Shown here piece by piece: positions 1 to 8,856 of a stretch of DNA of 61,523 nucleotides (the first letter of the stretch is position 1; every line of letters starts with the position of its first letter). The notes under the pieces were generated by a model. That model did no database searches. It worked only from the letters and a program-made list of their open reading frames with translations, and was not told the origin of the DNA. Source of the DNA: a virus (Duplodnaviria; Caudoviricetes); the IMG/VR virus record IMGVR_UViG_3300043548_000080, positions 1 through 61,523 of that record; one strand, given 5' to 3'. Position numbers and translations under genes: made by a program.

Positions 1-1688
1 GAGTAGAAACATTTGCTGTTAGCTGTACAGGTGGGTTGGTTACAAACCAGCCTACATTGGCACAATCTGCTCAGATGCCTGGGACAGCTAGAGAACTCAT
101 CAACTTTGAGCCTTCTGTTGAAGGTGGCTATAGACGTATTAATGGGTATACGAAGTGGTCTAACACTCCTGTTTCTGCTTTGCCTATTGTTTGGACAAGA
201 CAAGCCTATTCCATTGGAGCTACATCAATCAATGTTGGTGGGTGGTACTATCTGTCCGATTTCAATGGAACAGGAACAATAACATTCACTGTGTCTGGGT
301 CTGCTACCGTATACACGGTGTCATCTATTACTGATGATCCTTCTTCTCCTAGAGACATCCATGCTGTTATTACGTTTACACCGGCTTTGACAACCAATTT
401 AACAGCGAGACATTTTGTATTCCTTCAACAGAATTCTTTTATTCTTACAGAACTGTCGTTGTTCACGCTTAATGAGCATGTCATTACCATTAACGAATAC
501 GGCAACATTGGAAGAAATCTAAACAATGTCCTCTACCTTTCTCTTGGAGATTATCCTTCTGGTTCTTCTTTCTATTCTAGGGTGAATGGGGCAGGACAGA
601 CAGGAACAACTCTAACAATTAAGAATCTAAAACAGCGTCCTGAGGCTTATGATACTTTCTGGATAGAGACAGGATCAAGCACGTTTCCTAGTTTGTTTGC
701 TATTTCTAGCGTATCGTCCTATTCAGCAACAACTGGAACAGCTACTCTGACAATTTACCCAGCCCTTCCTTCTAGTCCAGCTAATGAAGCTCTTATTGTA
801 TGGGTTAGAAGACTAGCTAATATGTCCAGCAGTTTTACATATAGTTCTGGAAAATACTCTAAAGGGGAAACAAGCTATGTAGCCTATCCCGCAGGAGACA
901 GATATCCCCTGATTGTGTCTTCTACTTCATATGAACCTGTAACGCAGCTATACGATATTCTTCAGAGCGATGGAGAAGCTGTGATTAATGCAGCTTATTA
1001 CAAGAACCATCTGTTCTGGGCTTCTCCTTCAAATTTGTATTTCTCTGCTCCGTTTGATGAGTATGACTACACGGCTGCTTCGGGAGCAGGACAAATAACA
1101 GTTCCTGGTACTGTTGTTGGTCTAATGCCGCTTAGAGATAGTCTGATTATTTTTTGTCGATTTAACATCTTTAGACTGACAGGATCAAGTGTAGACAACT
1201 TTAGTCTTTCTGTCATTACGGAAAACACAGGATGCGTTGATGGTCTTTCCATTCAAGAAATCAATGGTGATGTGATGTTCCTGTCTGATACAGGTCTTTC
1301 TCGTCTTTCTGATTCTGATCAGTCTAGTGGACTTGGAATTAGTGTCTTGTCCAATACTATTAAGACAGAGATGAACACTCTTCTTACTGATTCATTGAAT
1401 GGTCAGAACTTCTATCCTAGTGTGTTCCTCCCCGGTAAGGGTCAATACCGTGTGTTTAAGTACAACAATTCCACTACACCAGCAAATACCATTGCAATTG
1501 CTGGTTCTCAGGTTAGTCTTAATCCTGCAGAAACCTTCTGGTCTTTGATTCAAGGTATCAAGCCCATTGTTTCTGATTTTTGGAGATATGAGAATACTGT
1601 TGTGTTTGTCAATAACAACGGGTCTGGACAAACCACTTACATCTATGAGATGGATAGCGGTAACACCTTTGATGGTACAAACATCACT
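1..1688 (+). repeat. Copy 1 of the imperfect 1688-bp end repeat (offset 59,835 bp)
   Basis: Collinear with 59836-61523 without net indel; identical over 1-127 and 1614-1688, diverged between. Confidence 0.95.
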
Positions 1689-2018
1689 GCCACCTACAGC
1701 ACTCCTTACTATCACATGAATGATCCTAGGGTGCGTAAGGCGTTCTTGAATTTAGAAACCACTGTGGAGCCTGAAGGTGCTGTCACCATCACCGTTGACA
1801 CCCTTCTCAACTACAGCAAGTCTGATGTGATTCAGCCTCCTGCTGTCGTTGTTGGCACCACAGGAACCACATATGGAGACAACACCAGCCCTAGCTATGT
1901 CACTCCGTTGATTGGCAACGGTGAAGTTGTCTCGTTGAAGTTCACCTCCAACACCAATATTCCTCCGTATGTTATTCAATCGTTCACCGTTGAATACTCA
2001 ACCAACGACAGACGCTAA
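1..2018 (+). CDS. Tail nozzle / tail tubular protein B-like (beta-propeller) protein, allele 1; true start lies 10 nt before the window (ATG seen at 59826 in the end copy)
   Basis: N-terminal LINFEPSVEGGYRRINGY and propeller-like repeats (LYFSAPFDEYDY, GCVDGLSIQEINGDVMFLS); C-terminal YHMNDPRVRK; follows the tail adaptor gene on the circular map. Confidence 0.7.
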   Translation, partial: VETFAVSCTGGLVTNQPTLAQSAQMPGTARELINFEPSVEGGYRRINGYTKWSNTPVSALPIVWTRQAYSIGATSINVGGWYYLSDFNGTGTITFTVSGSATVYTVSSITDDPSSPRDIHAVITFTPALTTNLTARHFVFLQQNSFILTELSLFTLNEHVITINEYGNIGRNLNNVLYLSLGDYPSGSSFYSRVNGAGQTGTTLTIKNLKQRPEAYDTFWIETGSSTFPSLFAISSVSSYSATTGTATLTIYPALPSSPANEALIVWVRRLANMSSSFTYSSGKYSKGETSYVAYPAGDRYPLIVSSTSYEPVTQLYDILQSDGEAVINAAYYKNHLFWASPSNLYFSAPFDEYDYTAASGAGQITVPGTVVGLMPLRDSLIIFCRFNIFRLTGSSVDNFSLSVITENTGCVDGLSIQEINGDVMFLSDTGLSRLSDSDQSSGLGISVLSNTIKTEMNTLLTDSLNGQNFYPSVFLPGKGQYRVFKYNNSTTPANTIAIAGSQVSLNPAETFWSLIQGIKPIVSDFWRYENTVVFVNNNGSGQTTYIYEMDSGNTFDGTNITATYSTPYYHMNDPRVRKAFLNLETTVEPEGAVTITVDTLLNYSKSDVIQPPAVVVGTTGTTYGDNTSPSYVTPLIGNGEVVSLKFTSNTNIPPYVIQSFTVEYSTNDRR

Positions 2019-2027
2019 GGGGCGCCT

Positions 2028-2225
2028 ATGTCTTCAACAGAGCAAATTACAGAGTCTGGTGCAATTGTTGCCGCAAAGATGGCTCCTCCTGCAACAGTGT
2101 CTTTAGCGACGTTGGCTGGATATCAGGTGTCAGAGATTTTGGTGTGGGCTACTCTCATCTACACGGTTCTGCTGATAGGGCAAAAGCTCTATCAAATCTA
2201 CAAAGACCTAAAACGCCGTGATTGA
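2028..2225 (+). CDS. Small holin-like membrane protein
   Basis: 65 aa, hydrophobic segments, basic C-terminus, first gene of the lysis cluster. Confidence 0.5.
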   Translation: MSSTEQITESGAIVAAKMAPPATVSLATLAGYQVSEILVWATLIYTVLLIGQKLYQIYKDLKRRD

Positions 2226-2706
2226 TCCTGTCAGCGCTTTCGCCACTGCCACTGCTGCCTACAACGCCATTAAAAGAGGCATTGAGATAGGTCAGGAGAT
2301 TGAAGACATTGCTTCAAGCTTGGGTAGATGGTTCAACGCATGTGCTGACATAAACAAGGCTGACGAAGAAGCAAACAACCCGTCTCTGTTCAAGCAGATA
2401 GTACATAAAGGATCGGTAGAGCAGGAAGCCTTAGAAGCTCTGATAAGAAGAAAGAAGATTGAGGAGCAGGAGACAGAGTTGAGAACAATGATTGTCTATC
2501 GCTTTGGCATCAATGCCTACAGAGAGATGATAGAAGAGCGTAAAAAGATTACCACCAATAGAAAGAGACTACAGCACCTACAGGCACAGAAGAGAAAGGG
2601 CGCTGTAATGAACACCATATTAGGGGCCTCTATCATTTTCTTAGCCTACCTAATCTGGGCCATAGCTGATGTGGTGTATTCACTAATGCAAGGAGCAGAG
2701 TTATGA
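2218..2706 (+). CDS. Hypothetical coiled-coil protein with C-terminal transmembrane helix
   Basis: 162-aa ORF coupled to its neighbours; C-terminal ILGASIIFLAYLIWAI. Confidence 0.6.
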   Translation: MIDPVSAFATATAAYNAIKRGIEIGQEIEDIASSLGRWFNACADINKADEEANNPSLFKQIVHKGSVEQEALEALIRRKKIEEQETELRTMIVYRFGINAYREMIEERKKITTNRKRLQHLQAQKRKGAVMNTILGASIIFLAYLIWAIADVVYSLMQGAEL

Positions 2707-3209
2707 TTAGTTTGTTGTCCACGATTGCTTCCTTTTTGATGGGTGGTCTGCCTAAGTTTTTGGAGTTTTTCCAAGACAGATCAGACAAGAAACATGAGCT
2801 TGCTCTTGCCCGTATGCAGAATGACAAAGAGTTGCAAATGCTTGAAAGAGGCTATGTTGCCCAAGCCCGTGTTGAAGAAATCAGGCTAGACCAACAGAAG
2901 GTTGATGCTTCCATTCGAGAACATGAAACAGTGGTTGATCATCAGAAGGCGTTGTTAGCTCATGATATTGCTATTGGTCAAGGAGCAAGCCGTTGGGTTG
3001 TCAACCTCAGAGCCATCATTCGTCCTTTGGTCACCCTCATCTTCGTTATTGAGCTTGTCATCATCAACTTCGCTATCATTTGGTGGGGCTGGTCTGAAGG
3101 GCTCGATTTCAACACTGTTGTGATGCAGGCATTCACTGATGATGAAATGATCATCTTGTCTTCCATCATTGCCTTCTGGTTTGGTACTCAGGCTTTCTCT
3201 AAGAAATGA
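2703..3209 (+). CDS. Holin of 3TM (GTA-holin-like) type
   Basis: WVVNLRAIIRPLVT motif and C-terminal IIAFWFG; directly upstream of lysozyme. Confidence 0.65.
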   Translation: MISLLSTIASFLMGGLPKFLEFFQDRSDKKHELALARMQNDKELQMLERGYVAQARVEEIRLDQQKVDASIREHETVVDHQKALLAHDIAIGQGASRWVVNLRAIIRPLVTLIFVIELVIINFAIIWWGWSEGLDFNTVVMQAFTDDEMIILSSIIAFWFGTQAFSKK

Positions 3210-3712
3210 AAACAAGCAAAAAAGGTATAGAATTGATGCACCAGTTTGAAGGGTGTCGTCTAAAGCCCTATCTATGCCCTGCTCACATCTGGACCATTGG
3301 TTATGGTCATGTCTTGTATCAGGATCAGATTGCGTTGCCTATGACCGCTAAGGAGGGCTACACAGGGTTGGTTAGAAAAGACTACCCATTGCGTGCTGCT
3401 GATAGCAGAACATGGAGCAAGGAAGAAGTGAATGGGCTTTTTGAGAACGATCTCAGCATATTTGAGCGAGGCGTATTTCGTCTTGCTCCTAGTCTTATTG
3501 GTCGTCAAGGAGCATTTGATGCTTGTGTCTCTTTTGCGTTCAATGCAGGGTTAGGTAATTTCCAGCGTTCTGGAATGCGTATGGCTATCAATAGAGGAGA
3601 CTTTGAGAAAGCTGCTGATGCTTTCATGTCGTGGACTAAAGCGGCAGGAAAGGTGCTTCCTGGTCTTGTTAGACGTAGGCAGGCAGAAAGAGCTTTGTTT
3701 CTGAGTGAATAG
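3206..3712 (+). CDS. Endolysin, phage lysozyme (GH24)
   Basis: FEGCRLKPYLCPAHIWTIGYGH catalytic region; FDACVSFAFNAG; C-terminal LPGLVRRRQAERALF. Confidence 0.92.
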   Translation: MKTSKKGIELMHQFEGCRLKPYLCPAHIWTIGYGHVLYQDQIALPMTAKEGYTGLVRKDYPLRAADSRTWSKEEVNGLFENDLSIFERGVFRLAPSLIGRQGAFDACVSFAFNAGLGNFQRSGMRMAINRGDFEKAADAFMSWTKAAGKVLPGLVRRRQAERALFLSE

Positions 3713-3719
3713 GACAAAT

Positions 3720-6700
3720 ATGAACACATCTTTTACATCTAAGCAGCGTGAAGTATTGGCTCGTAAGCTGGGCTACGATGGCCCTATGCAGGGCTTTGAC
3801 GAGTTTCTCCAAAGCTCTCCTGCATTGATGATGAAGTACAACGCTGTCTCGGATAAGTATGCCCAGCGCATGGCTAAGGGTGGTGTTGTTGGATATGCTG
3901 ATGGTGGTGGAGTTCCGGAAAAGTTTGCTGGTCTCCCCTCTTCCAGTAATGTTATATTTGATGGTAAGTCGTTTGTTGATGTGGACACAGGAAATAAGTA
4001 TGACCCTGCCACCACAAATACATACTACGATCCTGTCACAAAGAAGGCTACTTACGTCTTTAACAACACACAAGTAAACGCTCCTGCACCGGCTCCTACA
4101 TCTGTAACAGCCCCTGCCCCGTCGCCTACGCAAACTCCTGGTCCGATTGATGGTGTCGGTCCTCTCCAAAATTCTACAACGTCTCCTTCTCCTTCTCCGT
4201 CTCCTGCACCAGCCCCTGTAGAGGCACCGGCTCCTGCACCTGTTTCTTCTCCTGCACCAGCGCCAACAGGCTCTGTTACCGGAGGTGGTGGAACTACCTT
4301 TGAAGAAACAGAAGGCAGAGCTGGTGTCCCCAAGCCGGGAGATGCTGCCGCTGTTACATCAGCTAAGACAGCCATCACTCCTGAACAATCCATTGCTGGC
4401 ACGGGTGGCGCAGGCACAGCCGCTACAGCGACAACAACGCAGGCAGGGACAGCGGCACAAGCTGCACAGCCTACGCAAATTACAGCAAAGACAGCCGAGG
4501 CTACGGGTGCTGCTGAAGGCATCAAAACTGCTTTGGAAGGAACACAAGCTGCACAAGGCTCTGTAAGCCAACAAGCTCAGGTGAGACCTGAGGCAGGGAT
4601 TGTTTCTGAAGGCGCTACTGCTAAGGCACCTGAAGCACCTGATGCTGCTCAAGTGACAGCGCCCACACCTTTGCAGATGACAGAGGAACAGAAGGCAAAG
4701 GCAGCTACTGTTGCTGATGTTGGTGGTTTTGCTAAATCTGATGCTCAAACAACAGAAGGTGTGTTTAAGACAGATCCTGCGCTATTGTCAGGAACACCAG
4801 AAGCAAAAGCAGCAACCAACTACACCCTGCCTGAGACGAAGTATGCTGGTATGGATGCTCCTGCTGTGTTGCCTCCGGCAAAGGCTGCTGAGATTCCTGC
4901 AGCTAATACAGAGCAAACAACAGCATCTTCCACTGCAGTTGGTCAGCAGCGTGCTATCACCCAAGAAGAACTGATTGATGTCTCTAAGCAAGCTCTTCAG
5001 ATTGATGAACCTGTCAAGGCTATTGCAGCCACGATGGACAAGCTCAATGAAGAAGCCAAGATGAAGGCTGAACAAGGAGACTTTAGTCAATATCTTGCTA
5101 CACTACAAACAGGCACCGTCTCTGCTGAATCCACTGTCTTTGGTCAGGTGGAAAAGCTGCTGAATCAATTTAAGGATGGAACACCCTTATGGGCGGCTGA
5201 GGGGATTAAAGCAGCGAATGCTGCTATGGCTGCTAGAGGCTTAGGAGGCAGCAGCATGGCTGGTGCTGCCATAGTCCGAGCAATGATGGAAGAGGCTCTT
5301 CCCTACGCTAAGATTGATGCTGCTACTTTTGCTGCAATGGATATGCAAAATCTTAGCAATAGACAAGCTGTTGCAATTGCCAATGCAGCAGCACAGCAGG
5401 GTTTGGAGCTTGCAAACTTAGATAATAGACAAAAAGCAGCCCTTCAGAATAGCACCAACGCCTTTGCCTTACAGACACAGAGTTTGTCTAATATGCAAGC
5501 TGTAGTGTTAGCAAACGCTAACATCAAAGCTGCTGTTGCTGAGAAGAACCTTGATGTCAAAACACAGACATCTCTTGCCAACGCTGCAAGATACGCTGAA
5601 GTGAACAACCTTAACCTGAGCAATTCGCAACAGGCTGTGTTGGCACGCTCAGCAGAGAACTTGCAAGTGGAGTTCACCAATCTGTCGGCTAGACAACAGA
5701 CAGCGTTGAGTAATCTCCAGGTGAGAGCAGCTATGAAGGGTCAAGAACTCACCAACGATCAGCAGATGGCTGTGCTTCAAAGCACACAAAACTTTGAAGC
5801 CGCTGGCATTGAAGCCAGCAACAAGCAACAAGCCTTCATTCAAGACTTCCAAGCCAGAGCAGCGCTGGAGGGACAGGTGTTGTCTAACACGCAGCAGACA
5901 GCGTTGTTCAATGTCAGCAGTGTTCTTCAAGAGCGTAACCTCAACTTGAACAATGAGCAACAGACTCGTTTGTTCAACACGACAAATGCAATGAACATTG
6001 ATCTTGCTAATCTGTCTAACAAGCAACAGACAGCGTTGGCTAATGCTCAGATTGAAGCTGCTCTGAAGGGGCAGGAGTTGACGAACAAGCAGCAGGTGAA
6101 CATCACCAATGCTGCCCGTGTTGCTGAAATTGCCAATGTCAACTTCACAGCAGCACAGCAGAATGCTCTTGCCAATGCACAGTTTATTCAGCAGATTAAC
6201 CTGGCTGATCTGAGCAACGAACAGGCCTCTGTTCTCGCCAATGCCGCTACATATGCGTCTATGGACATGGCAAATCTGAACAACAGACAGCAAGCTGCTG
6301 TCATGAATGCTCAGAATTTCCTGGCTATGGACATGGCTAACCTTGATCGTGAGCAGCAGGCTACGTTGTTCAAGGGTCAGCAAATCAGTGCTGCTTTGTT
6401 GTCTGATGCGGCTGCTGAAAACGCTATGAAGCAGTTCAACGCCACTAGTCAGAACCAGGTAGATCAGTTCATGGTTTCCTTGGCTACGCAGGTCAATCAG
6501 TTTAATGCTTCGCAGAAGAACGCCATTGACCAGTTCAACACAGACCAGGCCAACGCTGTGTCAAAGTTCAACACTGAACAGACGAATGCTAGAGCACAGT
6601 TTAATGCCAATCAGCGTCTTGTCATTGACCAGAGCAACGCTCAATGGCGCAGAGAAGTGTCCACTGCTGACACGGCTGCTACGAATGCTGCTCTGTATTT

Positions 6701-6926
6701 GACAGCACAGAATATGCAACAGATGACTCTGGCAGAGTACAATAATGAGACGCAGTTGTTTAGAGACCAGATGGAAAAGGTTTGGAGTAGCTTTGAAAAA
6801 GACCAAGATCGTATCACCACTCTAGCTTCTGCTGAAATTAGTGCTAAGGCTGTTGAAACAGCAGCTTCCACAAAAGCTAAAAGCGATATGTGGACGACAA
6901 TTGGTGGATGGCTTGCTAATCTCTAA
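3720..6926 (+). CDS. Large internal virion / ejection protein with Pro-Ala linker and long N/Q/A-rich 22- and 11-residue repeats
   Basis: ~1070-aa ORF; composition and repeats; position after tail and lysis genes. Confidence 0.6.
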   Translation: MNTSFTSKQREVLARKLGYDGPMQGFDEFLQSSPALMMKYNAVSDKYAQRMAKGGVVGYADGGGVPEKFAGLPSSSNVIFDGKSFVDVDTGNKYDPATTNTYYDPVTKKATYVFNNTQVNAPAPAPTSVTAPAPSPTQTPGPIDGVGPLQNSTTSPSPSPSPAPAPVEAPAPAPVSSPAPAPTGSVTGGGGTTFEETEGRAGVPKPGDAAAVTSAKTAITPEQSIAGTGGAGTAATATTTQAGTAAQAAQPTQITAKTAEATGAAEGIKTALEGTQAAQGSVSQQAQVRPEAGIVSEGATAKAPEAPDAAQVTAPTPLQMTEEQKAKAATVADVGGFAKSDAQTTEGVFKTDPALLSGTPEAKAATNYTLPETKYAGMDAPAVLPPAKAAEIPAANTEQTTASSTAVGQQRAITQEELIDVSKQALQIDEPVKAIAATMDKLNEEAKMKAEQGDFSQYLATLQTGTVSAESTVFGQVEKLLNQFKDGTPLWAAEGIKAANAAMAARGLGGSSMAGAAIVRAMMEEALPYAKIDAATFAAMDMQNLSNRQAVAIANAAAQQGLELANLDNRQKAALQNSTNAFALQTQSLSNMQAVVLANANIKAAVAEKNLDVKTQTSLANAARYAEVNNLNLSNSQQAVLARSAENLQVEFTNLSARQQTALSNLQVRAAMKGQELTNDQQMAVLQSTQNFEAAGIEASNKQQAFIQDFQARAALEGQVLSNTQQTALFNVSSVLQERNLNLNNEQQTRLFNTTNAMNIDLANLSNKQQTALANAQIEAALKGQELTNKQQVNITNAARVAEIANVNFTAAQQNALANAQFIQQINLADLSNEQASVLANAATYASMDMANLNNRQQAAVMNAQNFLAMDMANLDREQQATLFKGQQISAALLSDAAAENAMKQFNATSQNQVDQFMVSLATQVNQFNASQKNAIDQFNTDQANAVSKFNTEQTNARAQFNANQRLVIDQSNAQWRREVSTADTAATNAALYLTAQNMQQMTLAEYNNETQLFRDQMEKVWSSFEKDQDRITTLASAEISAKAVETAASTKAKSDMWTTIGGWLANL

Positions 6927-6934
6927 GGACAAGT

Positions 6935-7129
6935 ATGAACAACTACAAATCGCTAATGGCTAAGGTTGATGCCATCATTGAAAAACAGAACAAGAGCCTT
7001 CCTGTTTCAACATCAGGGCTGTTGTCTCCTAAGGGAAAGCCTTCTAAGACACCTATGGATAGTCCTGAGGCACAGATTGCAAAGTATGTTTCCATCATCA
7101 GAAAGCAACGTGAGGAGTTGGTTAAATGA
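6935..7129 (+). CDS. Hypothetical protein
   Basis: 64-aa ORF with AAGGA RBS, coupled to next gene. Confidence 0.55.
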   Translation: MNNYKSLMAKVDAIIEKQNKSLPVSTSGLLSPKGKPSKTPMDSPEAQIAKYVSIIRKQREELVK

Positions 7130-7581
7130 TTGAAATTACACAGCACCCGATTCCTGGTATGTCACTGACGACAACACCAGGAAATCGTCCTTGGGAGCAA
7201 CCCCCACAGTTTGTCACTCTTGATCAGGTGGTTGCCTATTACACAGAAAAGCTGACAACAGAGCAGAGTGTCGATGTTGTTCTGCAGGCTATGGAAGCCA
7301 ATGTGTCTCTGATGTCGCTGGCAAGGACACTGGTTAAAACTGGTGTCATGAAAGGCATCCATAGCGTTGATGTTGGCTTCGTTGCTCTTCCTATCCTCAT
7401 TGAATTGATGAAGACCATTGGTGACATGAACGACATGGGCTACATCGTTGAGGATGAAGATTTTGAAGCAGCAACAGAGATTGATGAAGCCACTGCTAAG
7501 GAAGTGCTTCAACAGGCTGTTGCTGAAGTGAAACAAGCCCCTGCTGTCAAACAGGCGGCTGGTCTAATGGCGAGGGAATAA
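7126..7581 (+). CDS. Hypothetical virion-module protein
   Basis: 151 aa, PIPGMSLT..PWEQPP N-terminus; GAGGAG RBS. Confidence 0.65.
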   Translation: MIEITQHPIPGMSLTTTPGNRPWEQPPQFVTLDQVVAYYTEKLTTEQSVDVVLQAMEANVSLMSLARTLVKTGVMKGIHSVDVGFVALPILIELMKTIGDMNDMGYIVEDEDFEAATEIDEATAKEVLQQAVAEVKQAPAVKQAAGLMARE

Positions 7582-7582
7582 C

Positions 7583-8854
7583 ATGGCTTCAATTGCATTG
7601 ATGGGGTTGTTGACAGGCTTTGCCAAAGGAGCCTCTGAGCGTATTGAGAAAGAACGTGAAGAGAACGAAGAACTCATTAGAAGCCGTCTCAAACTTGCCG
7701 CTGTTAACAAGCAAAAGAGGGATGTTGAGACATCCGCTAGAAAGAAAGAACTGATGGACAGATACAGCACCATCTCTCCCTATCTTGATGGTTCTGAATC
7801 AGAAGAACAAAAACTTGCTCTTCTTTCTAATGACGTTTTTGCTAAGGGATTTGTTGAGAAGAAGAGTGCGGGAGAAGTTGTTGATTTGGATGCCTATATA
7901 CAGAGAAATCAAGATAAGCTTCCTAAGAATTTCAGCACTGTCCAAAAATACATTGACAGCATTTCAACAACACTTGAGCCTGTAGCTCCTGAACAAATGC
8001 AAGCTGCTCTTGGTGAGCAACGAGGATTTATGGGGGCTAGGACAGGTGTTAGTCCAGGAAGAGCAGAACGAATTGCTAGAACGATGGGAAGCGGCGCCTC
8101 TGCTGCTGAGTTGTTGGCTTATGAGCAGCCTGCTACTTCTGCTGGTGACCCTTTGATGGACTATGCCCGATTTGGAACCATCACTGCTGAGGAATCGTTT
8201 AAGACATTGGAGTCTAAGGCTCAGAAGCTGAGGCTCAAACGCATTAAAGAACAAGATCCTGACAAACGGGCAATGCTTGATGATGAAATTGATGTCACCG
8301 AGCAAAGCATGTTAGCGCATAAAGAAGCAACAACAGCGCGTACACCAGAGCAAAAACAAAGGACAGTTGCTGACATCACTTCAAGCACAAACAGGTATGT
8401 CAATACCCGTATGCAACAGAAGTATGGGAATGATTGGTTAGCTTTCTCTGAAGAGAAAACACAACAACTTCCTGACGGCACTGTCTACACATTCAGAGGT
8501 GTTAAAACAGACATGCCTAAGGACCAGCAGGATAAGCTGTTTGCTGACATGCGTGAATTTGCTCGTCGTGCTCTTATTGACAACAGATTCATTGTTGAGG
8601 GTGTTCCTGTTTATGACTCTGTTAGAGAAGTGATGAACAACTTTGGCATTACAGGTTTTATGACAGGGACAGCAGCAACTCGTACTGCTACAGGTGCGTC
8701 TGTTGCTAGACCTGCCGCTGGAGCACCACCGGCAGCAAGTTCTCAGCAGACACGAACCAGAGCACAGGTAGAAGCTGTGGCAAAGGCTCGTAGTGTTCCT
8801 TATGACGTAGCTAAGAGAGCCGCTGAGGCGCAAGGCATCAGAGTGGTTGATTAA
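7583..8854 (+). CDS. Putative internal virion protein
   Basis: 423 aa, helical, N-terminal GLLTGFAKG; position in ejectosome-like cluster. Confidence 0.55.
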   Translation: MASIALMGLLTGFAKGASERIEKEREENEELIRSRLKLAAVNKQKRDVETSARKKELMDRYSTISPYLDGSESEEQKLALLSNDVFAKGFVEKKSAGEVVDLDAYIQRNQDKLPKNFSTVQKYIDSISTTLEPVAPEQMQAALGEQRGFMGARTGVSPGRAERIARTMGSGASAAELLAYEQPATSAGDPLMDYARFGTITAEESFKTLESKAQKLRLKRIKEQDPDKRAMLDDEIDVTEQSMLAHKEATTARTPEQKQRTVADITSSTNRYVNTRMQQKYGNDWLAFSEEKTQQLPDGTVYTFRGVKTDMPKDQQDKLFADMREFARRALIDNRFIVEGVPVYDSVREVMNNFGITGFMTGTAATRTATGASVARPAAGAPPAASSQQTRTRAQVEAVAKARSVPYDVAKRAAEAQGIRVVD

Positions 8855-8856
8855 AT

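Noticed and set aside
1-1688. Diversity-generating retroelement (template/variable repeat pair) explaining the two tail alleles
   Set aside because: Differences involve all four bases and are largely synonymous, the repeat is far longer than a DGR repeat, and no reverse transcriptase is present
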